Shown here: one piece after another, positions 37,427 through 50,382 of the stretch
Layout of the letters: the number at the start of each line of letters is the position of its first letter
How positions within the stretch are numbered: the stretch's first letter is position 1
DNA from: Camelus dromedarius
Taxonomy: Eukaryota
Assembly: GCF_036321535.1 (NCBI RefSeq)
Contig: NC_087437.1
Span: 53,446,001 to 53,510,000 of the forward strand
Direction: 5' to 3'
DNA length: 64,000 bases
The notes under the pieces: generated by a model
Databases searched by the model: none
What the model was told of the DNA's origin: nothing
The model's input: only the letters and a program-made list of their open reading frames with translations
Made by a program: the position numbers and the translations under genes

Positions 37427-37531
<105 letters not shown>

Positions 37532-37982
37532 TGAGTAGATGGTACCTTAACTTACAACTACTATATTGATAAAATTCGTATTTTGCTTTTCTACTGACTG
37601 ATTTGCCTGAAAGGTAACCTCAAATCAGGGAATCGAGTAGGAAAGACAAAGTAACTTCTTGGTAGGGTGTAAGTAAATTATCCTTGGGAAGATTGCTCAT
37701 ACAGAGTGGGAAAACAGTTGTGAATGTTGCCCAGATTGTGGACTCCAGACATACAGATCAGGTTGTTTTAAATCTGTTGGTCTTAGCTTATTTTTGAGCT
37801 TAATTTTTTACTGATGCTCGTGTCCATGTGCTTTCTCGGTGATTCCTCTAGCTGGGATTTTCTTGGTGTCGTCTGGTAGCAATTTGAGCAGTCCCTGGTT
37901 TAGCTATAGTGGCTTTATCCCTAAATAAATTGGAATTGTACTTTGTTATATGATGTAAAAAAAGACTTTTTAAAAAATACAG

Positions 37983-38089
37983 GAGTCGATAGCAGCAGTT
38001 GATGACGAGATGGCGCTCAGAAACGGCGTTGACGTAATTTAGGACGTGGAATCATAAGCGAAACAGCACACTGTTTGAATAAAGAGCGA
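37983..38089 (+). other. EIF4A2: EIF4A2 poison (NMD) cassette exon in intron 10
   Basis: tacag|GAGTCGATAG gives IHRSR* (TAG 37990-37992); donor GT at 38090 (107 nt) or 38094; CpG-retaining segment in an AT-rich intron. Confidence 0.82.
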
Positions 38090-38796
38090 GTCGGTATTTA
38101 TATTTGTTTTTCTTTTGTCATGATTATTTGATATTTTAAGATGCTCCAGCCAAGGCATTCTGTATATTAGCTTACTAGGTGGTTTGTATTGTCTGGTTTG
38201 TCAGGAAGGTTAGAAAGCTGTTTTGGAGGTAAACACGTTTGAGTAACTTGAGTTATAACGTGTGAAACTGAGCAAAAAAGGCAGTGATCAGGTCACCATA
38301 CCAAATACTTGTTTTCCCACTGAAAAAAGTTGTAATTTTTAGACAATAGTTAACCTTGCACCATTTGTGTTTACAGTTCCAGAAATGCGTCGAAATGGAT
38401 TACATAACTTCTTTTTGTTTTATCCCTGGTGTTTTACATCTGTCCCAGGCTGACATCTGCTCTTGGCTGGCCCACTTTGGTATGGGCTTTAAATTCGCTA
38501 TCCCAAACAATACTGTCATCTACTTTAAAAAAAAAATAATGCTCAAGACACCTGATAAAATCTCATTTTGCAGCCAGACAAGCCTTGATTGAATCCTTCT
38601 GGCACTAACTGGAAAGGAAGATTTTTTTCTCTAGATATTGATTAGCAGCTAGTGCTCCAATTAGAAGCACGCACGAATTATAACCTTGATAAGTAAACAG
38701 CAGCTGATGGTTAACAAGTGGATCATCATGTTCATTAGTTCATGCAGCATGTGAGAAATAATATATTCTAATTGTTGGTTTCTTTTTCTTACGCAG

Positions 38797-38941
38797 AATT
38801 GGCAGAGGGGGTCGATTTGGGAGGAAAGGTGTGGCTATAAACTTTGTTACTGAAGAAGACAAGAGGATTCTTCGTGACATTGAGACTTTCTACAATACTA
38901 CAGTGGAGGAAATGCCAATGAATGTGGCAGACCTTATTTAA
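38797..38941 (+). CDS. EIF4A2: eIF4A-II exon 11 (HRIGRGGR, stop)
   Basis: [47 protein letters not shown]; exons sum to 1224 nt. Confidence 0.97.
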
Positions 38942-39422
38942 TTCCTGGGATGAGATAGTTTTGAATGCAGTGCTCGCTGTTGCTGAATAGGCGATCACAA
39001 CGTGCATTGTGCTTCTTTCTTTGGGAATATTTGAATCTTGTCTCAATGCTCATAACGGATCAGAAATACAGATTTTGATAGCAAAGCGACATTAGTCGTG
39101 AGCTCTTGTGAGGAAAGTCATTGGCTTTATCCTCTTTAGAGTTAGACTGTTGGGGTTGGGTATAAAAGATGGGGTCTGTAAAATCTTTCTTTCTTAGAAA
39201 TTTATTTCCTAGTTCTGTAGAAATGGTTGTATTAGATGTTCTCTATCATTTAATAATATACTTGTGGACTAAAAGATATAAGTGCTGTATAAAATCAGCC
39301 AATTATGTTAAACTAGCATATCTGCCTTTATTGTGTTTGTCATTAGCCTGAATAGAAAGGCCTTTAAAATTGATTTTTTTAGAAAGCATTTGAATGCATT
39401 TTGTTTGGTATTGTATTTATTC

Positions 39423-39561
39423 AATAAAGTATTTAATTAGTGCTAAGTGTGAACTGGACCCTGTTGCTAAAGCCCCAGCAAGCAATCATCCTAGGTAGGG
39501 TTAAACCCCAGTAAAATTGCCATATTGCACATGTCTTAATGAAGTTTGAATGTTAAATAAA
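39423..39561 (+). terminator. EIF4A2 tandem polyadenylation signals
   Basis: AATAAA at 39423-39428 and 39556-39561. Confidence 0.75.
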
Positions 39562-39593
39562 TTGTATATTCACTTTAAAGGTGCTTTGGTCAT

Positions 39594-39599
39594 TTTATT
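39594..39599 (-). terminator. RFC4 polyadenylation signal
   Basis: TTTATT on + is AATAAA on -, 26 nt past the RFC4 stop. Confidence 0.75.
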
Positions 39600-39625
39600 A
39601 AAAATCATTTTACAAAACACATGGT

Positions 39626-39721
39626 TTAACAATTCTGAGTTAATTGCTGCATCACGGTAGCAGAAAGGCTGATCAGTTGCAGATATTCATCAGCACCGTC
39701 TGCTAAACATTTGTCTACTTC
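39626..39721 (-). CDS. RFC4: Replication factor C subunit 4, exon 11 (stop)
   Basis: [31 protein letters not shown]; 96 nt. Confidence 0.95.
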   Translation of the reverse strand, partial: EVDKCLADGADEYLQLISLSATVMQQLTQNC

Positions 39722-39801
39722 CTATAATAAAATGAAAGGTTAGTAAATAAAACTTTCTTTCAGTATGTTGATCTTGCTGAAATGCAGAAAAAGCTACTTA
39801 C

Positions 39802-39918
39802 AGCAAGCTTCTCTGTAATAATAGACTTCTGTTTATCAGAAAGGTGATCATTTTCTACAACCACATCATGAAGTTGATTTACAAGCTGAGTTGCTGCATG
39901 ACCCTCATCTATCAAGTC
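39802..39918 (-). CDS. RFC4: RFC4 exon 10
   Basis: [39 protein letters not shown]; 117 nt. Confidence 0.95.
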
Positions 39919-39995
39919 CTGTAACAACAAAAACTTGATTTTGGTATGATTGTGTTTTAATTTTCCCTTCCCCCAAATTAGTAAAGTCACTTTAC

Positions 39996-40076
39996 CTTTA
40001 CTACAGCTTCTAGTTTGTCAAAAGAGCCACTCTGACACGCAGCAAATACTCCATCAATTGTCTTTGCTGGTATTAC
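39996..40076 (-). CDS. RFC4: RFC4 exon 9
   Basis: [27 protein letters not shown]; 81 nt. Confidence 0.95.
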
Positions 40077-40589
40077 CTGAAAGATAACAGTTTCTGCCAA
40101 CCAAGCTTGTGCCCATCCACTCTCTCCTGTTCCATGCTCAATGAAGTGGCACATGGCCTGTAGCATGGAACTGTTAGCTGATGCTGAATCCATGCAGAGT
40201 TGGGAAGGCAAGGAACTGGAAAAGGGTCAGCTTTTTAAGTGTTAACGCTCATATTTGGGATCCAAAAAGGTGATTTACAAACTTGGACCTGAAATAAGCT
40301 CTCCTTGAGGAAAACAACTATCACTGGGTGACAGTTGTGATCAACGTGTTAAACATTCTCCAATTTGAGCCCGCTAGTCAGTGGGTGAGGAGTTCCCTTT
40401 CACCAAGATGCCACTAACAAGATACTGATTGGAAGTGGCAGTGACCCTGAGGGGAGCATCCAGACAAGGGCATGGTACAAGAGAATTCCTTTAGTGATTT
40501 TAACTCCCATCCCTGCCTGAAGCATAATACTCTCGGGTTATTCCCTTATTACACTGTCCCTAGCATAGTATTTGGCACATGCTATACAG

Positions 40590-40940
40590 ACTAAGTGTTT
40601 ATATTCCCCCAATACATGAATTCCCAAAATTCATGTTAAAAATCACTATTGATGGTATTTTAGAGGTGAGCCTTCAGGAGGTGATTACAGGTCATGAGAG
40701 TGGACCCTTGTGAATAGGACTAGTGCCCTTTATATAAAGGGTCAGAGAGCTCCCTTTTGCCACAGGAGGATGCAGGGAGGTGAAAGCCATGGATGAACTA
40801 GTTTACTGAACTAGGAAGTGTATCCTCAACAGACAATATGTGGACACCCTTATCTTGGACTTCCAGCCTCTAGAACTGTGATATTTTTAAGTCACTCAGC
40901 CTATGACATTTTGTTACAACAGCCTGAACAGACTTAAGAC
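40590..40940 (+). mobile_element. MaLR solo LTR (MLT1-like) in RFC4 intron 8
   Basis: ggtcatgagagtggaccctt...tcttggacttccagcctctagaactgtga...ttgttacaacagcctgaacagacttaagaca. Confidence 0.75.
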
Positions 40941-41050
40941 AGCACATAATAAGCATTCTGTGTGTGTGTATATATATATGCATATGCTGAAATAAAATTT
41001 TGTAAAAGTCACAAGCCAACTAAAAATTACAGAACATGCAGTGCTCTTAC

Positions 41051-41176
41051 CCCAGCAATATCTGTGATCACCTTTTCTGTGACTTCCTTTCCACCGGTTA
41101 ATCGAGTAGCACTCTGAAGAAATGTAATAGCTTTTCTTAAGTCTCCTTCTGACACTTTAACAAGATAAGCTATTCC
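41051..41176 (-). CDS. RFC4: RFC4 exon 8 (sensor-2 GDLRKA)
   Basis: [42 protein letters not shown]; 126 nt. Confidence 0.96.
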
Positions 41177-41865
41177 CTGAAGAGAAAAAAAGTTGTTTTT
41201 TAACCTATTTTGGCCAATTAAGGCTGACTTTAATTAAAAAAAAAAGTAAAAAACTGTTTTTAGCCAAGAGTTAGTGGGGGGAAAAACAAAGTCTTTCCAT
41301 TTTTGAGAAGATTATCAGTTCTATAGTGGCAGAATTCATGGAGACAGCATCACCCAAAGAAGGATAGAGAGCTCTTGGCCTCTGAAAGAAATTTGCAGAG
41401 AAAAGAGAAATTCCATACTTTTCATCCTATTTTCTTGATTACATATAGCAAAGAAAATGAAAATTATGGTTAAATTCTGTTAGTGACTAAGGAGCCTATA
41501 TATTCTATCAGTGTACCAGAATTTCATCATACCAAATTAGTTCTTAAGAGTATTTGTTAATAATGACAAGTGGAGTATCTTGTCATTATGCAGAGATTTG
41601 TTGTTGCAGAATTTGCATTATATGTACTAAATCTGCCCTAGCTTTGGGATCCTGAAATACAGAAAATAAACTTCTAATAGCAACAGAAAGGAAGGCTGAA
41701 CCTGCAATTCTAGACATTCCAACTGTTGCTCATTTACCTTAACTTTGCCTGAAGAATTGGCATCAGAAATTGTAGCAATACACATCTGATTCTTTCAAGG
41801 CTTCTTCACAGGCATTCATCAAAGGAATTAGAAATTACAATAATGGTTAAACAACTAGTAATTAC

Positions 41866-41986
41866 CTCATTGCTAATTTTGACATGTTCTTTATCAGCGA
41901 TGTCTAGTAGTCGCTGCTGTTGAATTTTATCTGACAGAGGTTTGAAGCGGAATTTAGAACATCTAGAGGTCAGCGGTTCAATTATT
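41866..41986 (-). CDS. RFC4: RFC4 exon 7 (SRC motif)
   Basis: [40 protein letters not shown]; 121 nt. Confidence 0.96.
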
Positions 41987-42182
41987 CTGTAAAACATTGG
42001 AAAAAACAAGTCAATGTCTGAAGAAGAATCTCCCCCAAATAACTCATTTTTATCAAAAACAAATTAAGATTTGATGGAGGAAAAACTAATGGAGGCTTAA
42101 AACATTTAAATTTTTTTCTCTCCCTATTTGGGGCTATCAAAATAAGGCTGCCTAGCATCTATTTTTAGGGCAATATACATAC

Positions 42183-42326
42183 CGACTGACATAGTTACAG
42201 ATGAGACAGAATCGGGTGGTTTTAGACTCTTTCTCCATGGTACGTCTTAAAGCTGCCTGAGCAGCAGAGGTCATAGAATCTGCTTCATCCAGAATAACAA
42301 TCTTAAAAGGAGGACATGGCTTCCCA
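42183..42326 (-). CDS. RFC4: RFC4 exon 6 (Walker B DEAD)
   Basis: [47 protein letters not shown]; 144 nt. Confidence 0.96.
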
Positions 42327-42349
42327 CTGATTTAGAGACACACACAGGA

Positions 42350-43190
42350 GTTATAATTCACATATCACCACAACCCAATTTGAAAACATTCCCATCACCC
42401 CAAAAGGAAACTCTGTGCCCATGAGGAGCCATTTCTCTCCTCTCCCAACGTTCCCAATCATAGGCAATCAGGAACCTCTACTGCCTATTTCCACAGATTT
42501 GCCTCTTCTGGATACTTCATATGAATGAAATCGTATGTTGTCAACATGTCTTTTTTGACTGGTTTCTTTCACTTAACATAATGGTTTTCAAGGTTCATCC
42601 ACACTGTAGTATATTATTCCTTTTTACTGACAAATAGTATGGCATATACTACCTTTCATTTGTCTATTCCTCAGTTGATGTTTATTGGGTTGTTTCCGTG
42701 TTCTGACTATTATGAATAATGCTACAATGAACATTTGTACACATGTATATGTGTTTTCATTTCCTGTCAGTATATATTCTAGGACTGGAATTGCTGGGTC
42801 ATATGGTAGTTATGTTTAACTTTTAGAGGAACTGCCAAACTGTTTTCAAAGTGGCTGCACCATTTTACATTCCAAATAGCGATGTACAAGGGTTCTAATT
42901 TCTCCACATCCTTGCTAATACTTGTTGTCTTTTTGATTGTAGCCATCCTAGTGGGTTTAAAGTGGTATCTTACCATGGTTTCGATTTGCATTTCTCTATT
43001 GTCATGTCTATTTTCATGATGTTGATGAGCACGTTTCGATGTGCTTATTGGTCATTTGTATATCTTCCTTGGGTAATGTCTATTCAGATCCTTTGCCCAT
43101 TTATAAATTGGGTTGTCTTTTTATTATTGAGTTGTAAGAGTTATTTGTTCTTCATCTAAATCCCTTATTGTATATGATTTATATATACTG
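42350..43190 (-). mobile_element. Old L1 (L1M) 3' fragment in RFC4 intron 5
   Basis: ORF 42779-42991 MQIETMVRYHFKPTRMATIKK...WNVKWCSHFENSLAVP resembles L1 ORF2 C-terminus; L1 3'-UTR motifs. Confidence 0.85.
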
Positions 43191-43772
43191 TCAGTCCAAG
43201 GTAGATATCAAAAATTGAATCATTCACTTTCTACAAATTCTTAAGTGTGCTCTGATAAAAATTTAAATATATGCCAGGTACCAAAAATTTAATCTTGGAA
43301 CTTTGCCACCTAAGGAGTGTAAGTAGTTGACTAAACACCCCCGTTGAACTCAGGATGTCCTATTTTAATTATTAATAATATCTTCTCTTTCATTCTAAAA
43401 GTATCCCAGTTTGGACAAGGACATATATGGTCACCCTAATTATGAAATATACACTGAATCTTAAGGTATATGACAGATCTTCTTTTAATAACACAATGGC
43501 AAAAATAAGGATTTTTATTACGAATGTACCACAAACCATCACATTTGATTAATAAATACTCCTTAGACAAAATATTGATTAAAAACTTTGACAGCTAAAC
43601 AACCTAAAATTAGTTATTATAATGGAAAGGTCATTTCTAGGTTTTTCTAGGTTTAAGTAGTTTAGAAGAAAATATGATCTTACATAAAAAAGGAGTTAGA
43701 AATTTGACAGAAACATGTATTTTAAACAAATACAATGACATGATATAGAGAAGGGAAGATGAGCTTACTTAC

Positions 43773-43892
43773 TCTGAACGACTTCCTGACACAGTTAACT
43801 GGGCAAAATTCTTCACTTTCTCTCTAACTACTTGTATTCCACGTTCATCAGATGCATTTAACTCAAGAACTCTCAATCGAAAAAGTTCAGGC
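43773..43892 (-). CDS. RFC4: RFC4 exon 5 (ELNASD box)
   Basis: [39 protein letters not shown]; 120 nt. Confidence 0.96.
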
Positions 43893-45740
43893 CTATGTGA
43901 AAACGAAACAAATGTGAAACATCATAGAGCATGTATGTAACCCAAGTTTAAACCATATTTTAACATTTGTACATATTTCAGTAGTTTAAAATACACCTAG
44001 TAAACAATATGGATAGAAGGCAAGGCACATAATTATTTCTGTATTTTCTCTTTTTCAAATGCATTCAGTTAACTTCTTTTTCCCATGCATTAAAAAAAAA
44101 AAGATTATATCACATAACATGTTAAAATTTAAATCAATTTTCCAGTTTGGATTGTATCAAACATCTTGCCATGTCATGATAACCACTGTAAATAATGGCC
44201 ACATGACTTTCCAATCTATGACTATACCGTCATTTACTTAATTTATTTAGCATCCTTCTATTGTTAAGACATTTAGGTAGTTTTAAATATGCTGCAATTT
44301 CAAATAATGCTGCAACATAGCATATTTTGAATTATTTTCATAAAGTAGCTTGCTATAAGGAAAATTACTGGACTAAAACGTGGACGGTTTTTTAAGTTAG
44401 TTTAAAAAAAAGAAGATTAAAAGTAGCTCTGTGGGAAAATAAAAGAAAATAAAAACAACTGGTTTACCCTGCCAAACCACTGTTTCAAAAACTTCCTTCC
44501 AGTTATTTTTCTACATACATTTTTTTTAAATAGACAAAAACCAAAAGTTGGGATTTAGTCTTTATTTTTCCTAAACAGCATGACATCCTAAGCATTTTTC
44601 TATGCACATAAACATTTAGAAATCTCTGGACATGTATTTGGTATTTTAAAACCACATATACTATTTAATTTATAATTAAAATAAGTTCTTTTAGTTCTAC
44701 AAGACAAACATTTTAAAAAGAATATTTTACAAATTATACAATTTGGACTGACCTCTTCTAGAATAACTATACTTAACAGTTTCACTATGACTACATTGCT
44801 AAAGCTAGTTCAGAACAAATCTAACTGATTAAGTTGCAGAATAATCAAAAAAGCTCTTTTAAGATTTTCTTGAGAAACAAAAGTTGCTATCAAATTAATA
44901 ATAAATAAAATACTAGGTTCAGAGCAGCTTCCCCTTTTGTCTTCCTTCACATTTCAACAGAACTAATTATCCTTACATAATTGGTGGTTTCAGAGGCATC
45001 TAATTATTTTCATGTATAGGATTTCAGATGTACCCCTAGGCCATATGCCTGATATAAAAATTCTTGCTAAATTAAAGATAGCCTTTGTTATGTTGGTGTA
45101 TGTTGCATGGATATCAGACATGGGCTGACATAAAGCCGAGATAGTTAATCTAGAGGAAGGCTCTAAGAAGGTGGCTCACAGAGATTTTCTGCTGTACCTG
45201 GAATCATACTACATCAACTACCACACACTTTGCTTATACTCAGGATGCTTGAGGGCAAGGAGCTGGCCCAGCCACTCCAGGCAGGCCCTGGGTAGTCCAG
45301 AGTAAGAAGAACTCAAGAAGGGGTGGTGCACGTCAGTAGCCTCAAACGCAGGAAATTCTATGACCCAGATGTGAACATGATCATTAGGAAAGTGATAAAA
45401 CTATCAGTGTGACAGGAGATAGTTTGGCTCCTCTGGGTTCCAAAATCATAATGAAAGAGTTAAAGTGATGAAAAAAATGACAAGGCTCCTTGCGTTGTGG
45501 TACATTCAAACATTTGAACAAGGTTCAGAATAAATGTTCAAAAGATATAGGCAAGCTAATTTACTGGAGGGGAGAAACTGGAAATAGGTTACTGGATTAT
45601 TTAAAAATTCAGAAGTAAAAGTAAACTCAACAACCTCATGGAGTAACCAAACACAAAGTTTTAGAGAAAGAAAAGCAGTACCAGAAATTTTCAGTGTCAG
45701 GTCTTTAAAAAGAGGGAGAAAGGGAGAGATTTCAACTTAC

Positions 45741-45820
45741 CCAAAGAGTTCTCTAGCTGCTGCCAAAATAGTGGATGTTTTTCCAGTTCCAGGTGGCCCA
45801 TAAAACAAGAGATTAGGGAG
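45741..45820 (-). CDS. RFC4: RFC4 exon 4 (Walker A GPPGTGKT)
   Basis: [26 protein letters not shown]; 80 nt. Confidence 0.96.
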
Positions 45821-48650
45821 CTGTAGAAGTTAAATTTTATTTCTTTAAAATTGAATTCTGACACAAACAAGTGAAAATGATGATCAAAAATGTTATGGAA
45901 GACTGCAATGACTTCCCTAATAGAGAGGGCATATACATCTGAATACAAAGATTTCTTAATATAACTGGTATCATAGTAACAACAGCACTAAATCCTGCTC
46001 TTTCACATAATACTATTACTTTTCCCCAAAATGTCTTTCTAATTAATATCTTAGACTGAATTTATATTTGATTGTTCTATACCTCATCTAATACTTTGGT
46101 GGGGTTTTCAAAGCTGGAATTAAAAACCTCTTATTTCTGAAGAGAATCCCAGGCTTCTGTCAGTTCCCTATCCCACACCTTCGTTTAGGACTGGGCAAGA
46201 TTTTATACTTTGTAAAGATGTCAGCTGCTTCAAAGGGGACACAGACCAAAGGAGCAGTTGGATTTGGCCAATACTGAGGACAAAGAATTGAAAAAGGCCT
46301 ATTAGGGCTTTGCATAGGCTGAAGTTCCAAGAACAGAAACATTAAAAAACAACAACAACAAAAACAAAACAAAACAAAACAAAAAACCCCAAACCCATGC
46401 ATCTATTAAGTGCCTGGCAGAGCTCCACATCATGATTATGTATCCTGTGAGGATGCCCGCCTGTATCAGCAAGATTTCATCAGTGGAAGAAAGGATAAGA
46501 TTAAATAACTAGTTACCTTCTTTTAAGGTGGCTTGGCTGCTATCAAACAGGCAACTGCTCTGTGCTACCGATTAACAAATATATTAAACTCTTCAGTATG
46601 TCCTTTCACGTATGGAAATCTCAGCACATAGAAAACTAAGCAATACAGTTTATTTGCTTCCACTCTTGTCTAACCCTCCCCCTTCCCATCCATTAATTTT
46701 CAACGAAATCAGATGCCATTCTGCTTGCTACTTCAAACTATTCACTAGCTTCATATTCTTAGAAAAACAAAAACAGACATATAAAAAAATCAACCAGCTT
46801 ACCATAACCTATAAGGATGTCCATCATCTGCTCGCCACCTCTCTCACCTTCTAAGTTCCAACTTACAATGGTCTCCAACCGCTAAGCACTTTCTGGCCTA
46901 TACACATGCTGTCTCCCATGAGCTGAGGTCTGACTCCTTTTTTCTGTTTGGCAACTTCTACCGCATTACAAGTCGGAAGCCCTCTGTGATCCCAATCTAA
47001 AGAGGGTCTCTGCTGTCATTCTCCTGTCAGTCTTTGTTGGACTTGACATAATTTACAATTATTTATCATTATTTATTTAGTGATTGGGTTTAATTGTAAA
47101 ATACCTATCTACCTCACTAGAGGGTAAGCTTAAGAAGGTCAAGAACCTTATTTGTTCTATTCACATCTATAGTCTCAGCATCTCCTGCGGTACTCAGCAT
47201 ATGCCAAATAAATAAACTAACATATAAATATATTACTGTTACACTGGTAACATACAGCTTAAGATACAAACTATGAGATTCACCATTTAAAAACAAAAAC
47301 ACCTCATTTTTAAAACCATTATTTTGATCCATGCATACCTCAGTAGTTGTAATGATTCATCCATGTAATTACTACATACAATAACTTAAATACTTTAAAA
47401 CACAGTAAAATTATTAAATAATATATATGGTGCATTCAAGAACTGTATGTGGAATATTAGTCCTAAAAATTGATTTCTGAAAACATGTCTCATTATAATT
47501 CTACTTCAAAACTTTTAAAGTAAATCAAGGAATGAATTATTTTCCTTTACTCTTTAGAGTTAAAAAATTTACTTCAAGTTTTAAAAAACTTAAGCCTGAA
47601 AAGAAACACAAATTATTAAACAACTGGTTAAAGAAGAAAGTTCTTAATTCAGCCTCATAAATTAAACTCAGTAAGTGGATCATAATCCCACTACATTTGC
47701 CTGAAGAGTTGAGAATACTCGCAATTAAAATACATTGTCAAACTCTGGTTTCTCTTCAGATCATCTAAATCTTTCACCTTTTAAAACACATCATGTCCTG
47801 CAATCTTTGTAAATATTATTATGCAATTTAAATTGTATACTAATATAAAACTGAAAGGTATCTGGATCAAATCAAAACAGATACTGGTAAAGAAAAAGAT
47901 TTTCAATAGTTTTGTAAGTTTTATATAATATAGCTTCTTTCAAAATATATACTGTTACTATGTAACCTCAGGAAGAGAACAATGGCAGCAAAAACCAAAG
48001 AACCTCTAATTCAAAGCAGCCAGGTTGAGGGAAGAAAATCTTGGGAATAAAGCAAACACCCACTTCCCACTTCCATCTGCAACTGTTTCTGCTCCTCCAC
48101 TAAGCTCCTAAGGCACTTGATCACATACAATTTTAAATTTCTAATTCTTCATACGGGTTTATCTTATCTTTGAGTTAATCTAAAATGTAAGTCACTCAAG
48201 GACATTTTATCCTACATATCACAGCAGGAGACATAATGCTATAAGCAGAATTAAATGCTCAATTTTTTTTTTGTATTGTAGTTCAAACCAAATCCTAAAA
48301 TTAGGTGAGCAATTATACTTTCAAAGACTCTTTGACTCTTCCTCATAGTACCTATCATTATCTATAATTCTCTTATTTATTTTGCTTACATATTTATTCT
48401 GTCTCTCCCCACCAAAATAAAAGCTAATGAGCAAAGAGATCCAGCCTGTCTTGCTCAATGGGCTCCACTTGAGTACTCTATAACAATGCCATAGGACAGA
48501 AGAGATGCTCAGCAAATATTTGTTGAACTAATCCTCCACTGTATAAAGTTATCAAGGGCTTACTGTACATACAGAATTGTATTTAAAGGAGGCAGGAGGC
48601 TATAAAAAAAAAAGAGAGTGAATAAATTAAGTTTTAAATCTGCTACTCAC

Positions 48651-48729
48651 ATCAGCTCCTTCTAAAGACTTTTTCAGCACTGCAACCACTTCTTCCTGGA
48701 AAGCAACTTCATCCACACATTTTGGGCGA
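48651..48729 (-). CDS. RFC4: RFC4 exon 3
   Basis: [26 protein letters not shown]; 79 nt. Confidence 0.95.
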
Positions 48730-50251
48730 CTGGGGGGGGGAAGAGAAAAGTTTTTGTGTATTATAGTAGCCACAGAAGTCTCTCTCTTCACTAAAATACC
48801 AAAGACAATTCTCTTACATCAGTAATGAAATAAGAAACTTTCATAATTGGAAGCAGGTAGAAACCCCATTTGTATTTACTTTAGACAAATATATACTGAA
48901 GGAATTAATTTTTCACTCTTTCAGATGCACTGTTTGCATCTATGATACTTACAAAAATTATGCAAAAGGATTTTATTTTGTAACATCACAAATGCCAACT
49001 GGTTAAAAATGTAAAGTGAACACTTTCCTAGAATTTGACAATATGTACCTAAGCTAAAAAGGGAGACCTATTTAGGAACCTCAGGATAGGTAACAATTTT
49101 GATTAATATAGTTACATATGTTACTATGTTGTTAATTGGTTAATACCAATTTCCTCTATCACCTAACTGGACAAAAAAATGCACATCTGTTCAGTTCATG
49201 GAGGGTTAACAAAATAACAAGTTTAACCAATAGGGAGTATAATAATTTTTGTCTTACATCATTAACAAATAATGCTAAACTAAGTTATACTCCCAACCCT
49301 AAGATAAAGCTCTATGCTTAGCTACCTAATCAAAAGCTTTGCTTTGATTTATACTTTTCTAATTAATCAGGACAATGCTAGGCAGGGATTTTATGTCAGA
49401 CAATGTTATCTAGGAAAACCAGTGTAGATTATAAATCAGGGTTTCATATTCAAATACTTGCAAGGGCTAGGCAGATAAAAAGAGTGAAGAATGCAGAGTG
49501 TAAGGCAAGAGACACTAGTAGGACTGTGGTGAAGAACATATGACCTTTCCAATACGGGAAGCAGTACTCAAGTCCATCTAAGCGTAGTCAGGCGAGAAAC
49601 TGCATCTAGTGCTGCCTAATTTCCTGAAAGGCTGAAAATCTAAATTTTCTCCTTGTATAACTTCTTTAATTGAAGGAGTCTAGATTTTTGTGAAATTTCC
49701 CACTTGTAAAAGTACTGTTTGCGCCAAACATTTGTGAGGGCCTTATACGGCTTAGTAGTAATCTGCAATCCTTTGGCAATAACTCAGGATACACCAACAG
49801 TTACAACTGCTTATTATTTCACTTAGCTGAAATTTCAGTGCCACGTAAGATGTTGTTTTTGCCAAAAATGTATAAACAAGCAAAAACTCAACAATTTACA
49901 GCTATGAGTAATGAAAAGAATAGATCTGAACTTAAGTAGAACTCCTGACCAAGAGCTTATAGTCATTTTATAGAAATTTTGTTCTCTTTACTGCTGTATC
50001 CCAGCCCCTAAAACCGCACTCCTGAGTTACAGAGAAGGCTGTAGTCCATCTATAAGTTAAGAGAATTCAACTAGATTATTTTAAGGTACATTTCAGTTCC
50101 AAGGTTCCATGACTTATATAATTGGGTGATTTTCAAGGACAACATCTAAATGAGTAAATCATCCCCCCCTTAAGTTTAAAAAAAAAAAGTGATCAAAACC
50201 TGTCAGAGAGGTAATTTATTAACTATTTCAACATAACCAAAACATTCTTAC

Positions 50252-50382
50252 TATTTTTCCACCCATGGAACAGGTTTGGCTTTCTTGTTCTCTCCACTAC
50301 TTCTGGCAGTGGCAGCTGCTCCTCGATCCTTGGTCAATGGTGGTTTAGTGCTGATAGATGTGCCTTTTAGAAATGCCTGCAT
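50252..50382 (-). CDS. RFC4: RFC4 exon 2 (start codon; exon begins about 50394)
   Basis: [43 protein letters not shown]; exons sum to 1095 nt. Confidence 0.96.
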
